A stretch of 63,982 nt of DNA, filler included, from an uncultured bacterium (lineage in GTDB: Bacteria; CAZSTA01), in the NCBI GenBank assembly GCA_964609495.1. It is 5 parts of 5 records of this genome, joined end to end, with 100 filler letters (N's around TTAATTAATTAA, not from the genome) between each part and the next. Parts side by side here need not be neighbours in the genome. Positions count along the whole stretch, not along the records: positions 1 to 13,861 come from CAZSTA010000089.1; positions 13,962 to 27,800 come from CAZSTA010000090.1; 3 more parts are not named here. One strand, written 5' to 3'. This document shows positions 8,823 through 17,739 of this stretch, one piece after another. The translations under genes and the position numbers were made by a program. The notes beneath the pieces are model-generated. The model did not search any database. It worked only from the letters and a program-made list of their open reading frames with translations, and was not told the origin of the DNA. The first letter of the stretch is position 1. The number at the start of each line of letters is the position of its first letter.

Positions 8823-10070
8823 TTGCTGATAAGGAGAAAACTAATTGTGTTCGTAGATATCAGACCTGCGAAGGAGGAAGAATTAGAGGAATTAGTCGAT
8901 GTAATGTGTATAAGCTTCAGAACCCCTCCCGAGGAGAGGAAGATGAGAAGGCGCCAAATAGAGGCTATCCCGGGGATGGGAGTGGATAACGCAAGGGTAG
9001 TTACGCTAGATGGAAAGATCATTTCAGCTCTGATCATTATACCTGCTGAGATCCTGATTAATGGCTTCAAAGTTAAAATGGGCGGCCTCGGAGGAGTGTG
9101 TACTCTGCCCGATTATAGAAGGCGAGGATATGCTGGAGAGCTTCTCCGCTACACGGTCAGAGAGATGAGGAGACTGGGTTTTATAACCTCCGCCTTATAT
9201 CCCTTCTCCTTTGCTTATTATCGCAAATTCGGCTGGGAATTAGCCTCTAACGTCTGCTTATATAAGATCGATCCGTCCAATCTACCCCCTTTTAGGGAGA
9301 AAGAGAAGGTCAAAGAATATTCACCAGAAGATCTCCCAGCAATAAAGAAGATATATGGGGAGAATATAAGGGCTAAAAACTGCTGTTTTGTGAGAAGTGA
9401 TCTTTATTGGAAGAAGGTTACAGTCCCTCGTGCCAAAAGATTCTTAGTTTACAAGGAAGGTGAGCCAGAAGGCTATCTAATAGGAGAGATAAGACAGGAG
9501 GAAGATGGGAAGAGAGCTCTTAGAATTGGAGAACTATTCGCCTCGACCGATAGAGCCAGGAGAGGATTAGTTGGATACTTGACCGACTTAGACGAAGAAG
9601 TGGGTGAAATTAAAGCCGCATTTCCGATCTCCGATCTAACTCTCAACTATCTCTTACCATCTCTAGCTCATCGGATCGATGGTTACGAACCACGAGGTCA
9701 AGTCAAGATCATTCCTAACTTTATGTTCAGGGTAGTTGATATAGCAGGATGTCTGAAGACAAGCTACAAGCTGTGGTGTGAATTAGATAAGGAGATATCC
9801 TTCATAATCCACGATGATGTGGATGAGGAAAACGAGGGGATATTCACCATTGGGATTGAAGAGGACGAAGTCATTAAAGATCAGCATAAAAGAGAATTAT
9901 GGTTGGAGGCCGATATCCGCGTTTTCTCTCAAATCTATTGTGGATATGTGAATCCAACCGAGGCTTATTCCTTAGGGAGAATAGAGGTAAGTTCCGGTGA
10001 AGCTCTCAGTCTAGCAGATAAGATCTTTCCCTCAGTTACGCCTTACATCTGTTGGTTGGATAGCTTCTGA
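8823..10070 (+). CDS. Eis-family GNAT acetyltransferase with C-terminal SCP2-like domain
   Basis: GGLGGVCTLPDYRRRGYA, LYPFSFAYYRKFGWE, M.RVVD motif, about 410 aa. True start may be the GTG near 8848. Confidence 0.85.
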   Translation: MLIRRKLIVFVDIRPAKEEELEELVDVMCISFRTPPEERKMRRRQIEAIPGMGVDNARVVTLDGKIISALIIIPAEILINGFKVKMGGLGGVCTLPDYRRRGYAGELLRYTVREMRRLGFITSALYPFSFAYYRKFGWELASNVCLYKIDPSNLPPFREKEKVKEYSPEDLPAIKKIYGENIRAKNCCFVRSDLYWKKVTVPRAKRFLVYKEGEPEGYLIGEIRQEEDGKRALRIGELFASTDRARRGLVGYLTDLDEEVGEIKAAFPISDLTLNYLLPSLAHRIDGYEPRGQVKIIPNFMFRVVDIAGCLKTSYKLWCELDKEISFIIHDDVDEENEGIFTIGIEEDEVIKDQHKRELWLEADIRVFSQIYCGYVNPTEAYSLGRIEVSSGEALSLADKIFPSVTPYICWLDSF

Positions 10071-10110
10071 TATCGTTATAATCGCCCTTAATGGGAGGAT
10101 TGTCTATTCA

Positions 10111-10998
10111 ATGCTTGATTTATCAGTCATAATAGCTAGCTATAACGTTATGGATTTTCTGAGACAATGTCTAAAATCGATCTACGATAACACTCATCAG
10201 ATAACCTTTGAGGTATTGGTAGTTGACAATAACTCGAAGGATGATAGTGTGAAGATGGTCAAGGAGGAATTCCCGGAAGTTAAGATAATAGAGAATAGCT
10301 ATAATGCAGGCTTCGCTAAAGCTAATAATCAGGGATTGGAGATAAGCAGGGGTCGTTATGCGATCCTGTTGAATAATGATACCTTGATCCTGCCCGGAGC
10401 CCTTGATAAATTGGTGCAATTTATGGATGAGCATCCAGAAACTGGTGCTGTTGGGAGCAAGGTGTTAAACGCTGATGGAACTATTCAGCTATCTTGTCGA
10501 AGTTTTCCCTCTCATATAAATGCTATATTTAATAGCTCCTCTCTGCTCACAAAGCTATTTCCCAAGAATAGATTCTCCAGCAAGTACTTGATGAAAGATT
10601 GGGATCATAATAAGGTTAGAGAGGTGGATTGGATATCGGGGGCATGCCTCTTGGTCAGAAGAGAGGTTGTTGAAGATGTAGGCGGACTTGATGAGAATTA
10701 TTTTATGTTTTGTGAGGATACAGATTGGTGTTACAGAATAAAAAAGAGGGGATGGAAGATATATTATGTCCCTTCTGCTAGCATAATACACTATGGCGGT
10801 CAAGCAAGCAAACTTCACAGTAATAGAGTAATAATTGAGCATCACAAAGGTATGTGGCTCTTTTATAATAAACACTATCGTAAAGATTATAACTTCTTTC
10901 TGACCTGGATAACAGCGCTGGCTATAATCGGTAGGGCTATGCTTGCTCTTACCTCGAATAATGTTCATAAGTTATTAAATAAAGAGCGGAATTCTTAA
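10111..10998 (+). CDS. GT2 glycosyltransferase (WbbL/rhamnosyltransferase-like)
   Basis: VVDNNS.D, GFAKANNQG, LLNNDT, GACLLVR, FMFCEDTDWCYR. Confidence 0.9.
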   Translation: MLDLSVIIASYNVMDFLRQCLKSIYDNTHQITFEVLVVDNNSKDDSVKMVKEEFPEVKIIENSYNAGFAKANNQGLEISRGRYAILLNNDTLILPGALDKLVQFMDEHPETGAVGSKVLNADGTIQLSCRSFPSHINAIFNSSSLLTKLFPKNRFSSKYLMKDWDHNKVREVDWISGACLLVRREVVEDVGGLDENYFMFCEDTDWCYRIKKRGWKIYYVPSASIIHYGGQASKLHSNRVIIEHHKGMWLFYNKHYRKDYNFFLTWITALAIIGRAMLALTSNNVHKLLNKERNS

Positions 10999-11032
10999 CC
11001 ACTATTAGGCATTAGAAAGGGGTGAGTTTATA

Positions 11033-11941
11033 ATGACTGAAGAGTTTTTGAAACGGCTAGAAAGAGAGGTTCTGGTGATCGATGGAGCTATGGGGACTAC
11101 GTTGTATAGCAGGGGAAGGAGGATGGAGGATTGCCCGGAGGAATTGAACATCACTCATCGGGATGAGGTTAAGGATATTCATAGGGCTTACTTTGAGGCG
11201 GGATGCGATATAGTGATAACGAATACCCTGGGAGGAACCAGCTTCAAGTTGGATAAATATGACAAGAGGGATATGGTGCATATGTTCAACCTAGCAGGGG
11301 CGAAGCTGGCGAAGGAGGTTGCTCGAAGGTTCAAAAATAGATATGTAGCTGGTGATATAGGGCCTACAGGTGAGCTTATAGAGCCTCTAGGGAAAGTTAC
11401 ATTTGATCAACTCTATACCGCTTTCTCCGAGCAGGTGGAAGCCTTGCTAGAGGGAGGAGTGGATCTCTTCATAATTGAGACTATGAGCGCTATTGAGGAA
11501 GTAGAAGCCGCAATTAAGGCAGTTAAGGGAAATACTGATCTCCCGGTGATCGCCTCTATGTCCTATTCCCCAGGTCAGAGGGGATATAGAACGATGATGG
11601 GAGTCGATATCGAGACCGAGGTTACAAGGCTCACCGAGGCTTCTGCGGATGTGATAGGAACGAACTGCGGAGGAGTGGATATCTGGCAGATGGCTGAGAT
11701 CATCGAGCAGATGAGGGAACTAACCTCGACTTATCTTATAGCCGAACCTAACGCTGGACTCCCCAAGCTCGTAGGCGATAAAACGGTATTTGATCAGTCG
11801 CCAGAGGATATGGCGGCGGGAGTTCCCAAATTACTAGAGGCTGGCGTGAATATCATAGGTAGTTGTTGTGGCACAACTCCTGCTCATACCGAGAAGATAG
11901 CAAATATAGTCAAGTCCAGAAAACATCTAAGATCACGATAA
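11033..11941 (+). CDS. Homocysteine S-methyltransferase domain protein (stand-alone MetH N-terminal module)
   Basis: DGAMGT, AGDIGPTG, ETMS, GTNC, PNAGLP, GSCCGTTP. Confidence 0.9.
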   Translation: MTEEFLKRLEREVLVIDGAMGTTLYSRGRRMEDCPEELNITHRDEVKDIHRAYFEAGCDIVITNTLGGTSFKLDKYDKRDMVHMFNLAGAKLAKEVARRFKNRYVAGDIGPTGELIEPLGKVTFDQLYTAFSEQVEALLEGGVDLFIIETMSAIEEVEAAIKAVKGNTDLPVIASMSYSPGQRGYRTMMGVDIETEVTRLTEASADVIGTNCGGVDIWQMAEIIEQMRELTSTYLIAEPNAGLPKLVGDKTVFDQSPEDMAAGVPKLLEAGVNIIGSCCGTTPAHTEKIANIVKSRKHLRSR

Positions 11942-11965
11942 TTGAGTAAAATATAGCATAAATCT

Positions 11966-12006
11966 AAAAGGCGGTGGATCATAATATTCACCGCTTTTCA
12001 TTTTTT
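11966..12006 (+). terminator. Rho-independent terminator, probably bidirectional
   Basis: AAAAGGCGGTGGAT/ATTCACCGCTTTT stem followed by a T tract. Confidence 0.75.
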
Positions 12007-12453
12007 CAATTTCTCAAGCAGAATTATCGTTATTCTTACTATTTTGTAAACAGGGATCTCACCTCCTTATTCGATTCTGATGATGAAAGGCAACAAGTTT
12101 AAGAAGGAAATGGCTCCCCACCTACTATGGTATAGGCAGGAACTCCGAGGAGTGACGGGTAAAAAGACAGTTCTCCTGAATTAACAAGAGAGCTTTTTAT
12201 CCAGTTATATTTGAATTTGCAGAGTGGGTTAGAGAGAGGGATACGTCGACCTTAGAAAGCCGATATTTTCAAATAGAAGTCATTGGTTTTCTGACAAGGA
12301 AATCGTAATGTTTTACTTTTAATTTAGTTTATATTTTGGTATAATATAAGTTAGAATGAGAAATTCAGGAAGTCCCCTCGCAGTTTAGTATTCAAGTATT
12401 CATAGCTCGGAGACTTATTGAGGAACTCTTTGATTAAGGTAAGCTTCACCGTA

Positions 12454-12482
12454 ATTATAATATAAGAGCTTTCTCAAGTCAA
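12454..12482 (-). promoter_or_regulatory. Leftward consensus promoter with no long downstream ORF
   Basis: TTGACT-17 bp-TATAAT on the minus strand. Confidence 0.5.
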
Positions 12483-12498
12483 GAGAGTGAAAGCAGAT

Positions 12499-12776
12499 GT
12501 AAGCATGTAAAGTTTGTGCTAGCAGATTTTAAGTAGCTTTTCGCTAGGGAGTTCAAGATATAAATCCCCCCTCACCCTGGCCCTCTCCCACGAGGGGAGA
12601 GGGAACAGCAAGATAAGCTCGATCTCTTTAGTTCCCCCTCCCTTGACGGGAGGGGGTTAGGGGGAGGGTGATAATTAACAAGATTCCTTGACAGCCTTAT
12701 TAATTCAGCAAAAACCAAGATGGGAGGGTGATTTAAGGGAAGTTCAATTTCCCAGCACGGAGTTTTACATGCTTAC
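12499..12776. mobile_element. MITE (278 bp) with TIRs and 9-bp TSD, carrying REP-like hairpins
   Basis: Ends GTAAGCATGTAAA...TTTACATGCTTAC (13 bp perfect, ~22 bp imperfect). AAAGCAGAT is duplicated at 12490-12498 and 12777-12785. Confidence 0.9.
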
Positions 12777-12825
12777 AAAGCAGATTTAGAACTAAAATAT
12801 AAGGAGCAGGAGGTGAAGTAAGACA

Positions 12826-13861
12826 ATGGCAAATGCCCAGATTCTAGTTGTTGAAGATGAAAAAATCGTGGCTGAGAACATACGAGACAGGTTGAAAAGT
12901 TTGGGCTATGCTGTTGCTGTCGCCTATTCCGGAGAAGAAGCTATTCAAAAAACTACAGAGATGCGTCCGGATTTAGTACTGATAGATATCGTGTTAAAGG
13001 GGGATATAGATGGTGTAGAAGCTGCCGAGCGAATATGTGATAGTTTCGATATTCCGGTGGTTTATCTGACTGCTTATGCGGATGAGGATATATTGCAGAG
13101 AGCAAAGGTAACCGAGCCATTTGGCTATATCCTCAAGCCGTTCAAGGAAAGAGAATTACATACTATTATCGAGATGGCTCTCTACAAGCACGAGATGGGA
13201 AGCAAACTAAAAGAGAGTGAGAGGTGGCTTTCCACCATACTTAAAAGTATAGGTGATGCGGTGATTGCCACTGATACCGAGGGAGTCATAAGATTTATGA
13301 ATCCCGTTGCCGAGGCGCTGACAGGATGGGAGCAGGGAGAGGCTTTGGGTGAAGATCTGACAGAAATATTCAACATCATAGAGGGAGAAGCACTTATCCC
13401 GACTGAGAGTCCTGTAACGAAAGCACTTCGGGAGGGCATTATTGTCAGTCTGGCAGATCGTAGCATTGTGTTCATTGCCAAGGATGGAACAGAAACATCT
13501 ATTGAAGCCAACGCTGCACCCATCAAAGATGACGAAGGAAACATTACTGGTGTCGTTTTGGTCTTCCTCGATATCACCGAGCGCAAGCAGGCGGAGAGGG
13601 AAATAAGAAAATTAAGTTCTGCTGTTAAGCAGTCGATTGATGGTATAGCGATAGGTGATTTAGAACTAAAACTAGCATATGTGAACGATGCTTTTGCTAG
13701 GATGCATGATTATTCTCGCGAAGAAATGATTGGAATGAAAGTTGTAAATTTATATAATGAGGAGCAGATGGATGAATACAAGAGGAGTATAAATCAGATA
13801 AAAACACAGGGTTCATGGATAGGTGAAATAGATCATATCAGAAAAGATGGCACTCCTTTTC
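12826..13861 (+). CDS. Receiver-PAS-PAS signalling protein, 3'-truncated by the contig end (probably a hybrid kinase)
   Basis: REC domain (VVEDE, LIDI, GYILKPF) followed by two PAS domains. Runs into the linker. Confidence 0.85.
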
Positions 13862-13961
13862 NNNNNNNNNNNNNNNNNNNNNNNNNNNNNNNNNNNNNNN
13901 NNNNNTTAATTAATTAANNNNNNNNNNNNNNNNNNNNNNNNNNNNNNNNNNNNNNNNNNNN
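13862..13961. other. Artificial contig linker
   Basis: 100-nt N run containing TTAATTAATTAA (stops in six frames). Confidence 0.97.
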
Positions 13962-13970
13962 ATCACATTC

Positions 13971-13995
13971 CCCAGCCCAAAGTTTTACATGCCTC
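13971..13995. repeat. Terminal inverted repeat remnant of the MITE at the contig start
   Basis: CCCAGCCCAAAGTTTTACATGCCT resembles the right end CCCAGCACGGAGTTTTACATGCTT at 12751-12774. Confidence 0.7.
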
Positions 13996-14012
13996 GCTCC
14001 AAATATAAATAG

Positions 14013-14041
14013 TTGACCTTTTCCCTTAAATATGTTATACT
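14013..14041 (+). promoter_or_regulatory. Promoter of the 14087 gene
   Basis: TTGACC-17 bp-TATACT with extended TG. Confidence 0.6.
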
Positions 14042-14086
14042 TAAATCATTAGGAGAAGGAATTACGCACCGAGGAGAGCCAGTGTT

Positions 14087-15115
14087 ATGCCTAGCGAAAT
14101 TTATTCAAAGTTAAGCGAGATTTTGGATGATCTATTGCCTGGGGATCTCCCCGAAAGAGTCCTTAATGCGTCTTTGAAGGAGATGAAAATCTCTCCTGAA
14201 GAGATTAGCGATGAGCATTTCTCAGAGATAATAAGCGGTCCTCTCTTGAGAGTCCTGGTCTCTTTTCTGCCTAAATCCTTAAGTAAAGATATAATAAACA
14301 AGTTATTGAACGAGCTATCTCCGTCCGAGGTCTCAGTAGAGTTAGGATTTCAAAGAGAGGCTATAAGATGCCTTGAAGCTGAATATATTAAATACTCATC
14401 CCTAGGCTCTCCAACCTACCAAGAGCTAGAAGATTTAGTTCAGGAGATAAAGAAAGCTCATAACCAAAAAGAACTAGTTCCCGAAGAGATCAAAAAAGCA
14501 GGACAATTATTAGATGACTTATCCGAAGAATTACAGGAACGTTTAGCAGCTCAAGAAAAGGCGATAGAGGAACTAAAAGCAAATCTCCAAATCATCAGAT
14601 CAGGAGGGCCAGCGATCAGGAATATTAAGGATAGGATAGAGATCGTAGAGACTCTCAATCGACAAGGCTATCTAGCTATTGAACATATAGAAGAAATAAG
14701 GAGATATATGAGCGATCTAACTATCGAGATTACGGCCATAGCTAAGCCTAAGAAGGAAAAAAGGATCATCTTGATAGTCGAAGACGAAGCTCCTGCTCTT
14801 AAATTATTAACTTTTAAGCTAGAAAGGGAGGGATATGAGATAATAGCTGCCCGAGACGGTGTTAAGGGGCTGGAGAAGGCAGTATCCTCTCATCCTGATC
14901 TGATACTTATGGATTTAAGCCTTCCTCTAATGAATGGCTACGAGTTGATCTACACCCTAAGAGCGGACCCTCAGACGGAGGAAACTCCCATAATAGTAGT
15001 AACTGAAGCTGATGGTATAGAATCTCTTAAGTTAGATGTCCAAGGATATATCTCCAAACCACTTGAGATAGAAGAGATAGTATCAAAAGTTAGAGCCGTA
15101 TTAGATAGCAATTAA
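14087..15115 (+). CDS. Response regulator: helical/coiled-coil N-terminal region plus C-terminal receiver domain
   Basis: ILIVEDE, PDLILMDLSLP, YISKP in the last ~120 aa. Confidence 0.8.
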   Translation: MPSEIYSKLSEILDDLLPGDLPERVLNASLKEMKISPEEISDEHFSEIISGPLLRVLVSFLPKSLSKDIINKLLNELSPSEVSVELGFQREAIRCLEAEYIKYSSLGSPTYQELEDLVQEIKKAHNQKELVPEEIKKAGQLLDDLSEELQERLAAQEKAIEELKANLQIIRSGGPAIRNIKDRIEIVETLNRQGYLAIEHIEEIRRYMSDLTIEITAIAKPKKEKRIILIVEDEAPALKLLTFKLEREGYEIIAARDGVKGLEKAVSSHPDLILMDLSLPLMNGYELIYTLRADPQTEETPIIVVTEADGIESLKLDVQGYISKPLEIEEIVSKVRAVLDSN

Positions 15116-16303
15116 ATATTCTCGAAGCGAAGACTATGGATTATGGCTTGTATATCCTTCCTTGCTTTTTCATAATTTTCTTCTGGGACTGTGCCAAATA
15201 GAATATATATGAGGTCTCTATGAGGGATTACAGCTAGCCTACCATTTAGATGAAGATCCCCCTGGAAGATTTGATAAAGCACTAGCTCGATCTTCTCTTT
15301 ATTTAAAACACCCTCTTCTCTGGATATCTGTTTTACTCCCTTAGCTCTCTCAAATTCTGCTAATAATTCACTTATATAATTTTCTCTATCGAAGGGATAG
15401 GCTCTGGTGATATCGATCTTCGCGCCGAATTCCTCGTTACCAAAGGAGTGAGCCTCTAGTCGTCTCCAACCTGGAGGAAGAGCCAATGATAATCCGTAGT
15501 CGGATAAGTTGTACCTCCGACCAAATTCTATATTCTCCATAATACTATCCAAATAGGGAGATGCTTCCTCATAGCCCTTCTCTAAAGCTGTTCCTAAGAA
15601 GTAATATATAGCTTCCTCGTGATACCTGAGAAGGAGACGTGCTTTAAGCCGAGCCTCGGGGGATAAGATGAGGTAGGTTAAGTTATAGGCCCTATCTCCA
15701 TCGATCTCCAAAATTCTCGAGGAGAGCCTCTTTACTTCAGGAGTATCCTCAAATTCATTTAGAAACTCATTGGCCCAGATATCTGGATCACCCCATACAC
15801 TATCGATCACACCTACCTGACATAGAGAGAAGAGCTCCCGATTTCTGATGGTAACCTCTAATTTCCCGTCAGAGGGATCGATCTCCCAGCCAGGAGGGAT
15901 GGGGAGTTTAAAACCGTAATTGTTACTTATAAATACGTCTCCTTCCTCCTTATCTTTGATATCTACTAATTTTCTCCGCACTTTTTGAAGATAACTTTTA
16001 TCTAAATTGGGGTCTAACTCGAAGGCCTTCTCGAATTCGGATAAAGCCTCCTCCCACCTCTCCTGTTTATACAGGGCTATTCCCAAATTATAATAAGCGA
16101 TACTATAATCAGGAGCGATACTTANNNNNNNNNNAGGCCTCTTTAAACTCGGCGATGGCTTCGTCTAATTGACCCTGCTCCAGATAAGTTTCCCCTAGAT
16201 GGTTATGAGCTTTAGCCGCGATATTTTGAGCTGAGGCTTGTTTGCTCATCCCTATCGCCATCAGAAAGATGGCTAATATGATATACTTGCCTATTCTTGC
16301 CAT
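15112..16303 (-). CDS. Secreted TPR protein with two PsbP/DUF1795-like domains, split by a 10-N gap
   Basis: Signal peptide MARIGKY...ASA. Removing the Ns at 16125-16134 joins both ORFs in exact 34-aa TPR register. YGF.L..PPGW motif occurs twice. Confidence 0.75.
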
Positions 16304-16340
16304 TTCATCGCTTCCCTTTGGATATTCAAATTTAGCAGGG

Positions 16341-16427
16341 TTGACTTTCTCTCTCAATTATGGTATACTAAGTTATGTTAAAGTTTTATATATCGATTAT
16401 TATACTATAGTTATATCCACAAGTCAA
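16341..16427. promoter_or_regulatory. Face-to-face promoter pair
   Basis: Plus: TTGACT(16341)-17-TATACT(16364). Minus: TTGACT(16427)-17-TATAAT(16404). Confidence 0.55.
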
Positions 16428-16442
16428 GTTGCTTTTAGATTA

Positions 16443-16635
16443 GTAGGCATGGAAACTTTGTGCTGGGAAATTGAACTTTCCTTAAATCACCCTCCCGTCA
16501 AGGGAGGGGAAACTGAAGAAAGCAGGCTTATCTCGATGTTTCCTCTTCCCCTCGTGGGAGAGGGATAGGGTGAGGAGGGAATCATATCTTGACTTCTTAG
16601 TAGAAATCTACTAGCACGAAATTTTACATACTTAG
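16443..16635. mobile_element. MITE (193 bp), inverted relative to the 12499 copy, with 9-bp TSD
   Basis: Ends GTAGGCATGGAAACTTTGTGCT...AGCACGAAATTTTACATACTTAG. TTTAGATTA is duplicated at 16434-16442 and 16636-16644. Confidence 0.9.
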
Positions 16636-16799
16636 TTTAGATTAAGAGTTTTCGAGTCCCTCAAATATCATTTTTGATTTATTCGTAATAAAAACTTTTA
16701 TTTTATCACTTTTTATGTTATAATTTGTTATAGTAACTTTCTGATCTCCCTAAGATTTTATTCGAAGCGAAAGTTGTGTAAAAGAGGGAGTGGAGATCG

Positions 16800-17318
16800 A
16801 TGTTCAACTCTGGTGCTGTTGTATTTGAGGATGAGCTTAAGCGTATCAATGAGGTCCTGGAGGATTTGCTCCGCCAGTCTATGGCTAAATGTGCTTTATT
16901 GATAGATAGCATAGGACATCTCATAACTAGTCAAGGTGATGTATCCAAGATAGATACTACCGCCTTAGCCTCCCTTGCCGCGGGAAACTTTGCTGCTACC
17001 AGAGCCCTAGCTAGTCTCCTAGGGGAGAATAGTTTTTCTCTTCTCTTCCATCAAGGGGAAAAAGAGAATATTCACTTATCTAGCATCAGTAACCGCACTA
17101 TATTAGTCGTTGTTTTCGATAGTAGCGTCCCTATAGGGCGAATAAGGCTATTCGTCAAAAGAGCTATAGATAAACTAGCGCAGCTATTTGAAGAGCCCAG
17201 CTATATAGCTAGAAGAGAAGAGAAATTAAAGAAGGCTAAGGAGGTCTCTGGTAGTGTCTTTGGGGAGGAATTTTATGCCTTAGCCGATAGTGCTCTTGAT
17301 GAGCTATTCAAAGATTAA
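16800..17318 (+). CDS. mglB: Roadblock/LC7 protein, MglB-like
   Basis: ASLAAGNFAAT..LA.LLGE..FSLLFHQGEKENIH, plus acidic C-terminal helix ending LDELF. Confidence 0.8.
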   Translation: MFNSGAVVFEDELKRINEVLEDLLRQSMAKCALLIDSIGHLITSQGDVSKIDTTALASLAAGNFAATRALASLLGENSFSLLFHQGEKENIHLSSISNRTILVVVFDSSVPIGRIRLFVKRAIDKLAQLFEEPSYIARREEKLKKAKEVSGSVFGEEFYALADSALDELFKD

Positions 17319-17699
17319 ATGGTTATGGTCAGGGGAGTAGGGCTAGATTCGATAGAGATACGAAGGGTAGAAAAGGCGATCGAAAGGTGGGGAGAGGCCT
17401 TCCTTAATCGCCTTTTTACGCCCCTGGAGATAGATTACTGTCTGAGCAAAAGGAGGGCGGCTCAACACTTCGCGGCTCGTTTCGCCGTCAAAGAAGCAGT
17501 GATGAAATCTTTAGGGGTGAGGATAGGCAGCGTCAATTGGACCGATATTGGAGTTGAGAATGATTCTTCGGGACAACCTGAGATCAATTTATCTGGTCGA
17601 GCTTTGGAGATATCCGAGGGATTAAAGGTCTCTAAGATATATATAAGTATAACTCATAATGATAGCTATGGGTTAGCTTATGCTATCGCGGTTGGATAA
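17319..17699 (+). CDS. acpS: Holo-ACP synthase
   Basis: GVGLDSIEI.R, FAARFAVKEAVMKSLG, ISITH. Confidence 0.93.
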   Translation: MVMVRGVGLDSIEIRRVEKAIERWGEAFLNRLFTPLEIDYCLSKRRAAQHFAARFAVKEAVMKSLGVRIGSVNWTDIGVENDSSGQPEINLSGRALEISEGLKVSKIYISITHNDSYGLAYAIAVG

Positions 17700-17739
17700 T
17701 TAAGGCTTATTTGAAGATAAAGTGATCAGGGGGATTTGA

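Noticed and set aside
12054-12068. GGATCTCACCTCCTT resembling the 16S rRNA 3' end
   Set aside because: No other rRNA sequence nearby. It is the complement of an SD sequence.
12783-13671. 15-bp direct repeat GATTTAGAACTAAAA at 12783 and 13657
   Set aside because: AT-rich, a single pair, and one copy is inside an intact PAS domain. No element boundaries are supported.
13906-13917. TTAATTAATTAA motif and ORFs ending in '...XXLIN'
   Set aside because: Artificial six-frame stop linker
16242-16568. 108-aa ORF, and likewise 23419-23643 and 46561-46764
   Set aside because: These are translations through or into the non-coding repeat cassette (e.g. FPLPLVGEG, PLTLSLSHEGRG) or antisense to real genes
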